A DNA stretch of 34,344 nucleotides from a virus (taxonomy: Duplodnaviria > Caudoviricetes): positions 1 through 34,344 of IMG/VR virus record IMGVR_UViG_3300005662_000117; one strand, 5' to 3'. Below are positions 9,701-17,506 of the stretch, piece by piece. The translations under genes and the position numbers were made by a program. The notes under the pieces were generated by a model. That model saw only the letters and a program-made list of their open reading frames with translations, searched no databases and was not told the origin of the DNA. Numbering within the stretch: position 1 is the first letter of the stretch; each line of letters starts with the position of its first letter.

Positions 9701-10355
9701 AAGTACTGACCAAGATGGTAACTTTAGAGTTGGTGAATTGTTCCGTGTAGAACAAGCAACTGGTATTGCTACATTGAACGCTGATGCGTTTAACTTGAGT
9801 GGTTTGAATGAATTGCAACTTGGTTCAGTAGCGTTAGGCGGCAGCGGTGTGAGCATTAGAGAATTTAGTGCAGACCCATTAATGACTTCTGCAAGTGATG
9901 CGATTGTTCCAACACAGCGAGCTGTTAAGACATTCGTTGAAAACATTATTGGTGCAGGTGGTTCAAACTTAGTTGCCAACTCAGTAACAATTGGTGGTAT
10001 GACCTTAGAAGGCAATACTATTAGTGCTACTGGTGCATTAGATTTGATTCTAACAACAGTTGATCCAACTACTGGAATATTGTTTAATAGAATCCCAAGA
10101 ACAAGTATTGCTCCAACACTTGGAACACACTTAACAAATAAGACTTACACTGATTATACATACGCTCCAACTATCCAAAATTTGAATTTTACAGTAGCAA
10201 CTGGTAGAATTTCATATGTTGAAGAACATGCAGATACAGCTAACACTGTATCGCACACAATTGATTCTGCGACTATTAGAGATCAAGCGTACATTGGTCA
10301 AGTAAGATCCAGTTTTTCTATCAATGCTTCAGGGCATTTGATAATTACAATGTAA
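6765..10355 (+). CDS. Long tail fibre/tailspike with six N-terminal CBM5/12-like repeats and a pectin-lyase-like beta-helix
   Basis: 1196 aa. It has six W-x5-6-Y-xx-[DNG]D-x-V-x-[YVF]-G repeats, the beta-helix entry motif YYVAPGGTD...RPWATIAYAC, and a C-terminal RLTGHDFLNIGTG...TSTDQDGNFRVG block. Confidence 0.8.
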   Translation: MAEFKIGRLRFVWRGLWTTGYDYVKDDVVRVGGSSYVCIAGHESSVAFSTDAANWERMQEGILYRAAWAPATIYENNDIVVYGGIAYIVTTAHTSISTFEPSKFSVLVQGFDYKGVWSGSSVLYKLNDLVKYGPNVYLCTTSHTSSASFNAANFSLFVPGLEFEDAWSNSTTYQIGDIVTYGGYAYVSQQNHSGQTPSTATSYWELLTTGYKNQGTWTSVTSYKVGDVVQFGGNTYEAIVDNSNQVATNTSYWKLIVQGLNFIGNWASAQAYKIGDVVNYGSSSYRVKVSHTSGNTGALRPDLDISAVNYGLLSEGDSNYVTLNRGDMIARGASANYNIPLGTAGQILRSDGTDPVWATFGARTKVYYVAPGGTDAAGHGTTIDRPWATIAYACANVTGTATISVKTGTYAELLPIVVPANVSLVGDELRTVIVTPASGEEAKDMFRMRNGSNLRNITMSGLVNTLAAAGASGTQRTQSSFVSLDPGTGASDTNAWITTKSPYLQNCTSFGTGVCGIKVDGTLHNGGNKSMVANDFTQIIDGGIGVWLNGKAKAELVSVFTYFCYMGYLTTNGGTIRGVNGNNSYGTYGAVSEDGDPTETPSTGTVNNRNNEAIIGAVLAGGSQIIQLEILNGGEAYSSSSVIVAGNGAGASITAQYASGAVSRVDISNSGLDHKYALNNAQTGTNTSITLGLTDQTATNAYNGMRITLIDGQGVGQTGIITAYNGGTKVATVTTDDGTPGWDHLISGTTIETVLNETTRYRIEPRVRLTGGTAPAVEAKLRAVVEAGEIIAIHILDGGSGYNASNLPSVVITDPNASVLAVATVVTKNGAITRFTYANRGTSYTTASATITGDGYADILQTGGYLKVNGLSAAPKAGSNIAIAGDSITYRVVAFQDQSGSSPNISGTIRISPYISTAPAQSTVVTFTERYSNVRLTGHDFLNIGTGGIATTNYPDTPSQLPSQANEVIEYGGGRVFYTSTDQDGNFRVGELFRVEQATGIATLNADAFNLSGLNELQLGSVALGGSGVSIREFSADPLMTSASDAIVPTQRAVKTFVENIIGAGGSNLVANSVTIGGMTLEGNTISATGALDLILTTVDPTTGILFNRIPRTSIAPTLGTHLTNKTYTDYTYAPTIQNLNFTVATGRISYVEEHADTANTVSHTIDSATIRDQAYIGQVRSSFSINASGHLIITM
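6801..7650 (+). repeat. Six ~50-aa CBM-like protein repeats
   Basis: Examples: WTTGYDYVKDDVVRVGGSSYVC, WSNSTTYQIGDIVTYGGYAYVS, WASAQAYKIGDVVNYGSSSYRV. Confidence 0.8.
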
Positions 10356-10371
10356 GAATTAAGGACTCGAT

Positions 10372-12480
10372 ATGACAACAACAGCGTTAGGAACAACAAG
10401 ATTCGTTAAACAAGGAGTGTACAGTGCAAGTGCTGTATACTACGCAGACGATGTAGTCTTGTACAATGGTAAATGGTACCTGTGTACAGCAACTACAACT
10501 GCAGGAACATTGCCAACAGATGTGACCAAATTTACAGAATGGCAAGCTTCATTCAATTGGAGAGGCACTCACAACAACGTGTCAACAGCATACGCTGTTG
10601 GCGATGTTGTAAAGTATACTACTTCATTTACTACTGGCTCGACAAATGCTGGCACGTTTACTAGAACTGCTACACACGTTTACAGATGTATTTTAGCTCA
10701 TACTAGCAATAGTACATCAACATATTTGCCAATCGCATCTACATACTGGACAGCAGTCAGCCTTAATACTTACAACGACGGTACAGTTAGTTTAGTTAAC
10801 AACAACATCACTGAATCTTGGGGTGTTCACGGACAAAGTACAGACAAAGGTTATATGTTTGCCAACTATGGTCGTGTTGACGAAACTGAAGCTCCTTACT
10901 TAAAAGGTAATAACAAGAATTGTTTTGGTAGTTATGATCGTAGTGGCTTTATTACACAAAACGGACAATGGCGTACATGGGGATTAAGTACATCAAATAG
11001 TCAACCAAGCTACTACGGTTCAGTTGGCCCACATTCAGAAACGTTTAGTTTCTACTTTAACGATTGGTTCCGTTCAACCAGCAACGGTGGCGCTGGCGTA
11101 CACTCAACACCAGATGGAAAAATTCCACGTGTAGTTCAAGTTGAAAGTGGCTGGAATTGGTGGTGTATTTTATTTAATAACGGTGAAGTTTATCACGGCG
11201 GCTATGGCGCCAACGGTGAAAGTGGTGATCGCAGTAACAGCAATAGATATGTTGCCCGTGTAGGCGGAACGTATACTGAAACAGCAGTGGCAACAAATAC
11301 ATCTACTCACTTGTTTAGAAACGTTCGTATAAAGAGAATCGCTTGCTCAGGCGGTGAACGTTCAGCATCGTCACACCATTGCATGGCGTTAGACGAAGAC
11401 GGCCAAGTATGGACATGGGGTTATAATGGTTACGGACAAATTGGTGATAACTCAACAACCAATCGTAACATTCCTACACTAATTAGCAAAGCGTTCTTTG
11501 GCCTAGTTGGCTCACAAAAAGTTGTGGCTATTTGGGCTGGTGGCGGCGAATACGGTTATAGTTTTGCATATACTGATCAAAATACATTCTTTGCTTGGGG
11601 TTATAACGGTTACGGAGCATTAGGTTTAGGTAATACTACAAACCGAAGTATCCCAGTTGAAGTTACAACACAAGTATGGACTGAAGCCGGTGTTGGTACA
11701 ATTAGGAAACTAGTAACTAGTGACGCACAAGATAGTACACCGTACTCTAGCACAGCAATTTTAACTAGCAAAGGAACTATTTTCGTAGCTGGTTACAATT
11801 CAAGTGGACAGTTTATGTTGAATAACACTAGCCAACAAAACTCATTTACTCAAGTTACATCAGGACCTGGATCATTAGGAACTGCAAACGATGTTTGGTT
11901 AGTTGCTGCACAGTATGGCACAATGTACGTAACAGACGTTGCAAGCAAAAAATTATGGGCCGCTGGAGCAAACAACGGAAGTCAATGTGGAACATTATCA
12001 ACTAGCGTTACACAATACAGCACAGCACAAGAAGTTTATAAAAACATTGGCGGCACTGATTCATTCTTAACTGGTGTTACCAAATTATCAGCAATTGGTG
12101 GATATTCAACTGGTGTAACAACATCTGTTTGTGTAGTTACTGAAACTGGCCTAAGTTTTGTGGCTGGAAGAAATACTTATGGTCAGTTGAGTTTAGGTTC
12201 TAACGCAGCTTATCACTATACAACTTTAGATGGAAACGGCAGAGAGGTTACAGGTTCACGTGCATTCCAAATGGTTAAGATGCCGCCTAACTTGGTCGGA
12301 CAAGTAGCAGATGTACAATTCCAAGGATACGCAGATAGCGGCTCTACTGGATATAATCGTTGCACTTGGCTGGATAGAAACGGACGTGTATATCAAGCCG
12401 GATATAACAGCTCATATAGTATAACTGGTACATTGAGTGGATCGCACTACAATACCATGAACCCGGTTATTACAAGTTAA
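10372..12480 (+). CDS. RCC1/BLIP-II-like beta-propeller protein with two N-terminal CBM-like repeats (putative adhesin 1)
   Basis: 702 aa; HCMALDEDGQVWTWGYNGYGQIGD, FAWGYNGYGALGLG and VAGRNTYGQLSLG are RCC1 blade signatures. Confidence 0.82.
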   Translation: MTTTALGTTRFVKQGVYSASAVYYADDVVLYNGKWYLCTATTTAGTLPTDVTKFTEWQASFNWRGTHNNVSTAYAVGDVVKYTTSFTTGSTNAGTFTRTATHVYRCILAHTSNSTSTYLPIASTYWTAVSLNTYNDGTVSLVNNNITESWGVHGQSTDKGYMFANYGRVDETEAPYLKGNNKNCFGSYDRSGFITQNGQWRTWGLSTSNSQPSYYGSVGPHSETFSFYFNDWFRSTSNGGAGVHSTPDGKIPRVVQVESGWNWWCILFNNGEVYHGGYGANGESGDRSNSNRYVARVGGTYTETAVATNTSTHLFRNVRIKRIACSGGERSASSHHCMALDEDGQVWTWGYNGYGQIGDNSTTNRNIPTLISKAFFGLVGSQKVVAIWAGGGEYGYSFAYTDQNTFFAWGYNGYGALGLGNTTNRSIPVEVTTQVWTEAGVGTIRKLVTSDAQDSTPYSSTAILTSKGTIFVAGYNSSGQFMLNNTSQQNSFTQVTSGPGSLGTANDVWLVAAQYGTMYVTDVASKKLWAAGANNGSQCGTLSTSVTQYSTAQEVYKNIGGTDSFLTGVTKLSAIGGYSTGVTTSVCVVTETGLSFVAGRNTYGQLSLGSNAAYHYTTLDGNGREVTGSRAFQMVKMPPNLVGQVADVQFQGYADSGSTGYNRCTWLDRNGRVYQAGYNSSYSITGTLSGSHYNTMNPVITS

Positions 12481-12492
12481 AAGGAAAATAAA

Positions 12493-14886
12493 ATGGCAAT
12501 ATTAGATCTTGGAAAAATTAAGCTGTTATGGCGTGGAGCGTGGGCTTCTGGTACAGCGTACGAAAAAGATGACGTTGTTTACAATAACGGGTCAGTTTGG
12601 ATCTGTAAGCAAACGCACTCTGCATCAACATCGGGTGAGGGATTAAATCGTTTAGCACCGGCCAAAAGGCTTAGACAAAGTGCGTATGGCGCAATTTATG
12701 ATCCACAACAACCAACAGTAATTTATAACGTTACAAAGTCAGGTGGTAAATTTTATCTAAATGGTAGATTGAATCCTAACTTTGCAATGCAAAAAGGGCA
12801 CAGATATCGCTTTTACGTATCGTCAACCACGATGGCTAGTATCAACTTTAGATTTGCAACAAGTACTGACGGTACAACTTATACAACTGGTGTAACTACT
12901 AGTGGAACTCCTGGTCAAAACGGCGCTTATGTTGAAATCACAGTGCCAATTGATGCGCCAAACACTTTATACTATAAACAAGACGGCGTTTCAGGAGTTG
13001 CTGACTCGGCTACATTGACAATTTCCCCTATCTGGCAAGGTTGGCAGTATTGGGAAGAAATCAGCAGCGGTATGAAATTTGCTGGTGTATGGGCTAATGC
13101 TACTCAATACTACAGAAACGATGTAGTTGTTTGGGATGGATCAATGTATATTGCTCTAGCAGATAACAGCGGAGAAATTCCTGATACTACTCAAGCAAAT
13201 AGAAGTGCATATATTGATTGGACTGGACAACAAAGCACACAAAGAAATAATCACGTGTGGCATTTATTAACTGGTAATCAAGTTAAGCGTAGACAAGATA
13301 ATGCTATGTGGATGCCAAATGCTGGACCAATTAACTGGCCATATTTGCACAATAGCGATGAAGATCCTTGCTCATATAGAAAAGTATTTTATATTTCTTC
13401 AACTGGCAGAATCTATGGTATGGGTGCTGGTACATCTAACAACAACGGCTTCTACACCGACGGCGGCGGTGCTACTAGCTTCTGGACAGAAACGAACTTT
13501 ATGTGGTATGACTTCTATAAGTCATTAGATGCTGTTAACAGCGATGGCGGACAACAGCCTCGTATGGAATCAGACTTTAATCCAGCAAACGGATATAATA
13601 GATTGTATAACCGTTCAGGTGAACCACCTAAGTGTATCCAAATTGAACAAACTTACGATTCAACATATTTCTTGTTCGACAATGGCGAATTATGGGGTAT
13701 TGGATATAATGGTCACGGCCAAAAAGGTAACGGATTCACAACTGGTAGTACTCGTCCACAGCGTGTTATGAACTTGAACGATCGTAAGATTATCAAGATC
13801 TCTGTATCAAAAGGATATGAAACATCATCACATCACTGTATCGCGTTGGATAACGAAGGTGATGTATGGACATGGGGTTACAACGGTTATGGCCAACTAG
13901 GTCGTGGTACAACAACCAACGGTTATAGCCCACGTAGAATTCCAAGAGAATACTTTGGCGGTGAAGAAATTATTGACGTACTAGCAACTGGTATGGAATA
14001 TGGTTGCTGCTATGTTAGAACAAAGAGTAATTTCTTATACTCATGGGGTTATAATGGCACTGGACAATTAGGTGTAGGTGATACAACTGATCGTTATAAG
14101 CCAGTTAAGATCTTAGCGTTTAACCCAGTCACAGCTGGCGGAATATTAAAATTTGCTGCTAGTGGTACAAGTAGTTTATCATTCCACGTGTTAGATGGCA
14201 ACGGATACATGTGGCATGCGGGTTATAACGGTTATGGTACCGCACTTAACGCAAGTACAACTAACAACAACACGTTAGCTAGAAGTGTAACATCACCAAC
14301 AGCGGCTGCTACTACTAACTTCTGGGCCGCAGCACCAAACGGTTACAACCAGCTTTACATGCGTACTACAAATGGTAATACATATTTTGCTGGTTATAAT
14401 GGCGCTTACTATCACTCAGGTATTGGTAATCAAACAACTCCACAAACTAGCCCAACATTAGTTCCTAACGCAACTAATTTAAAGCGTGTGTTTATGAGAG
14501 GTATGTATAGTACCACTATGACAAACTTTGCTCTATCTGACAGAGGCGAGCTATGGTGTAACGGTTATAGTAACTACAACAGACACGGCAATGAGTACGG
14601 AAGCAACTCAAACCAACAAGACGGTACTAACTACTACTGGTTTAGGATGGCTATCCCAGCTGGTGCAAAAGTAATTGATGCAATAATTTATTGTGTTGAT
14701 CAAAGTTCAAGCAATCGAGGCACAAACAACTACTGGTTGTGTGATAACGGGGCAATTCATGGGAATGGATTTGCTGGAATTTACCAAGAAATTAACAGTT
14801 TCTTAATGGGTAACCAAAGAAATACATGGGATAGCCCGGGTAGTATCTTATATCCACAGCAAATTTCCCGTGGATATGCAAATTAA
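12493..14886 (+). CDS. RCC1-like beta-propeller protein with CBM-like repeats and a ligand-less cupredoxin-like insert (putative adhesin 2)
   Basis: 797 aa; HCIALDNEGDVWTWGYNGYGQLGRG and YSWGYNGTGQLGVGD; AAGGA RBS. Confidence 0.82.
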   Translation: MAILDLGKIKLLWRGAWASGTAYEKDDVVYNNGSVWICKQTHSASTSGEGLNRLAPAKRLRQSAYGAIYDPQQPTVIYNVTKSGGKFYLNGRLNPNFAMQKGHRYRFYVSSTTMASINFRFATSTDGTTYTTGVTTSGTPGQNGAYVEITVPIDAPNTLYYKQDGVSGVADSATLTISPIWQGWQYWEEISSGMKFAGVWANATQYYRNDVVVWDGSMYIALADNSGEIPDTTQANRSAYIDWTGQQSTQRNNHVWHLLTGNQVKRRQDNAMWMPNAGPINWPYLHNSDEDPCSYRKVFYISSTGRIYGMGAGTSNNNGFYTDGGGATSFWTETNFMWYDFYKSLDAVNSDGGQQPRMESDFNPANGYNRLYNRSGEPPKCIQIEQTYDSTYFLFDNGELWGIGYNGHGQKGNGFTTGSTRPQRVMNLNDRKIIKISVSKGYETSSHHCIALDNEGDVWTWGYNGYGQLGRGTTTNGYSPRRIPREYFGGEEIIDVLATGMEYGCCYVRTKSNFLYSWGYNGTGQLGVGDTTDRYKPVKILAFNPVTAGGILKFAASGTSSLSFHVLDGNGYMWHAGYNGYGTALNASTTNNNTLARSVTSPTAAATTNFWAAAPNGYNQLYMRTTNGNTYFAGYNGAYYHSGIGNQTTPQTSPTLVPNATNLKRVFMRGMYSTTMTNFALSDRGELWCNGYSNYNRHGNEYGSNSNQQDGTNYYWFRMAIPAGAKVIDAIIYCVDQSSSNRGTNNYWLCDNGAIHGNGFAGIYQEINSFLMGNQRNTWDSPGSILYPQQISRGYAN

Positions 14887-14902
14887 TTTAAAGGAGTCTA
14901 AC

Positions 14903-15328
14903 ATGACATATAAAATTTTTAGTTTCGTAGAAAAAGCAGAAGTGACAAACCCAGGGTTTGTTAGAGAAAATAACGAACGTACAGACGACGTTATTCAATT
15001 AGGTAACGTGGATAGCACATTTTACTTTAGTATCGATACATCAAACATTACAGTTGATGCAGATGAAGCTTCAGAATCAAAGACTTATGATTTTGATAAA
15101 GCAGAAGATGTTGCAGCAATCAAAGCGGTTGCTAAACAACTGCGTACTGTAACTGAAAAACTTGAAAGAATTGAAACAGCGTTTATTTTAGGCCATTCAT
15201 TATACAGTGTAGCCAAAGCGTTGGCAAATAACGATGCAGATTTTACGGCAGCGTTGGCAGCAGCTGAAGCAGAAAAAGAAACATTGCTACAAGGATTAGG
15301 TCTACCTGGCACAAGCATTTTAGCATAA
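14903..15328 (+). CDS. Small acidic hypothetical protein (possible fibre chaperone/adaptor)
   Basis: Start re-called to ATG 14903, which follows an AAGGAG RBS; 141 aa with an Ala-rich helical C-terminal half. Confidence 0.65.
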   Translation: MTYKIFSFVEKAEVTNPGFVRENNERTDDVIQLGNVDSTFYFSIDTSNITVDADEASESKTYDFDKAEDVAAIKAVAKQLRTVTEKLERIETAFILGHSLYSVAKALANNDADFTAALAAAEAEKETLLQGLGLPGTSILA

Positions 15329-15341
15329 TAAGGACAATAAA

Positions 15342-17492
15342 ATGAGTTCTATAGATATCACAAAATTACGAAATAGATGGTTGGGCATCTGGAGCCCAAG
15401 CACTCAATATGTAACTAATGATGTAGTTCAGTGGAGAGGATCTAGTTACGTTTGTATCAAAGATCTTCCAGCAGAACAGATCATTGTTGCAGACACCGGT
15501 ATTAATACATATAACTACCAAGCCATCCCTTCCACACTAACGTTTAGATCTATAGATCCTACAAACACTAGTTATTGGGTTGATATGGCTCCAGGTATGG
15601 CATTTAGACGTACATGGGCTCCAAGAACAACATACACATTAGGTGACATTGTTGAATTAGGCGGCGATTTATACATCTGCATTCGCGGTGGTGTAAGAAA
15701 TACATACGTGTTAGATACAACATATTGGACAAAGATTTTTGAAAACTCTGACCGTGACCAACGTTACGTTGTTGCAGATTTTATCAATCAACAACCATTA
15801 GGATGGACACGTAATAACGGGGATGTAGGTTTCCAGGGCGGCAGTCCTGGCTACATGTTTGGATTTATTGGTCACGACGGAAATGCATACGCTGGCGGTA
15901 TGATGTATTCAGGTGCAGGTGTTGGCTCTAGTATGAACAATTCAACACGAAATTCTGGATTTAAAACTCCTTGTTTTAGTTTTGTTGATTGGTTATTAAG
16001 TACTGATAACGGCGGTGTTGGTACATTTACTACTCCAGACGGATTGAACCCTAGAGTTATTCAATGGTGTTACAACGGCGGATCTGGTAGTTATGGTAAC
16101 AGTCTGTGGGTTATGAACAACGGCGAGTTGTATGCTGCAGGTTACAATGCACAAGGTCAACTAGGTGTGGCAACAAGTGATACAACTACAAGACAATGGC
16201 CAGTTCGTGTTACTAACAATGACTTAACTGACTGGTGGGGTAATACTATTCCTAAGAGCTTTAGTCAAACTAAAATTATCAAAGCAGCACAATCAAGTCA
16301 AGGTCACTATGAAACTGATGCAAACTCTTGCTTTGCGTTGGGCGATGATGGCAGTGTTTGGGTATGGGGCTACAATGTTTACGGTCAATTAGGCTTAGGA
16401 CCAGAAAGTACTACAACTAACAGTGGTGGTACCGCACAAACTAACCAAACTAAGCCACAACGTATTCCTCAAAGTTTCTTTGATTATAAGAAAATTGTTG
16501 ACATCTATTCACGTGGTGGAAACTATGGTTGGACATTGGCAGTTGACGAAGACGGCTACTTATGGGGTTGGGGTGTTGACCCACGTGGCGCATTAGGTCT
16601 TGCAGATCGTCACGGTTCAGCAGTTGCTAACGCTTTGAACAGACAGTGGACTCCAGTACGTATTAACATTGATTGGGCTAAACATGGCGGCATCAAGAAG
16701 ATTATCATAGGCGGACAACACCATGCAACATATCAGTGGACATTTATCTTAGATGGCAATGGCTACTTATGGACAGCTGGTGAATATAGTGGAAACGCCT
16801 ATAACAGACTTTACAACATGTCAATTTATACTACTAGTGAACGTAGTGCTAAGTTTACTCGTATGGATAAGAACTGGTATAGTGAACATAGTATTGAAAA
16901 TTTCTGGGTCGTTGGATCTGATGACTGGAACATTATCATGCGAGAAAAAGGCACTGGATTAACATATATCTGGGGCGGAAACGAGTATGGCCAACTAGGC
17001 AGCAGTTCTAATAGAAGAGATGCTGGTAGTTCATATTCGATGTATCCAACAGCAGTTCGCGGAGTTCGTTATGTAAAAGATGCAACACCAACTCACGTGG
17101 GTGCTACTAGCTATACAACATTCTTGTGTGTGACCGACGACGGCGAAGTATGGGGCATGGGCGACAACAACTATGGTAGTTTAGCATGGGGTAGCGCAGG
17201 TGACACAAGTCCATGGAACACTGAAACTGAAGATCAAGGTTCTAACCAATACTGGCGCAGAGCGTTAACACCTCCAGGTGCAACGATCACCGGAGTATAT
17301 GGTTTTGGACATGATAGTTACGATGGATCAATGTTTATCACAGACACTGGCGGTTTTATGATCTGCGGATTTGATGGCGACAGTGAAGGTAATCATATTA
17401 TTCAAGGACACATTGGAACAGCAGCATATAGAGATACGGCAGGTAATGCTGGTTCATATGCTTGGTCTACAATGCACAGCTACCCAGGTTAA
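15342..17492 (+). CDS. RCC1-like beta-propeller protein with two N-terminal CBM-like repeats (putative adhesin 3)
   Basis: 716 aa; LYAAGYNAQGQLGV, VWVWGYNVYGQLGLG and YIWGGNEYGQLG. Confidence 0.82.
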   Translation: MSSIDITKLRNRWLGIWSPSTQYVTNDVVQWRGSSYVCIKDLPAEQIIVADTGINTYNYQAIPSTLTFRSIDPTNTSYWVDMAPGMAFRRTWAPRTTYTLGDIVELGGDLYICIRGGVRNTYVLDTTYWTKIFENSDRDQRYVVADFINQQPLGWTRNNGDVGFQGGSPGYMFGFIGHDGNAYAGGMMYSGAGVGSSMNNSTRNSGFKTPCFSFVDWLLSTDNGGVGTFTTPDGLNPRVIQWCYNGGSGSYGNSLWVMNNGELYAAGYNAQGQLGVATSDTTTRQWPVRVTNNDLTDWWGNTIPKSFSQTKIIKAAQSSQGHYETDANSCFALGDDGSVWVWGYNVYGQLGLGPESTTTNSGGTAQTNQTKPQRIPQSFFDYKKIVDIYSRGGNYGWTLAVDEDGYLWGWGVDPRGALGLADRHGSAVANALNRQWTPVRINIDWAKHGGIKKIIIGGQHHATYQWTFILDGNGYLWTAGEYSGNAYNRLYNMSIYTTSERSAKFTRMDKNWYSEHSIENFWVVGSDDWNIIMREKGTGLTYIWGGNEYGQLGSSSNRRDAGSSYSMYPTAVRGVRYVKDATPTHVGATSYTTFLCVTDDGEVWGMGDNNYGSLAWGSAGDTSPWNTETEDQGSNQYWRRALTPPGATITGVYGFGHDSYDGSMFITDTGGFMICGFDGDSEGNHIIQGHIGTAAYRDTAGNAGSYAWSTMHSYPG

Positions 17493-17506
17493 CCTAAAAG
17501 GTAAAA

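Noticed and set aside
11407-13880. 17-bp exact match GTATGGACATGGGGTTA (11407 and 13864) as a recombination or inversion site
   Set aside because: It is explained by the conserved VWTWGY peptide with two single-codon Trp residues, and no recombinase is nearby.
10372-17492. Diversity-generating retroelement targeting the N/Y/S-rich RCC1 genes
   Set aside because: There is no reverse transcriptase and I saw no template/variable repeat pair differing at adenines in the window. A remote DGR cannot be excluded.
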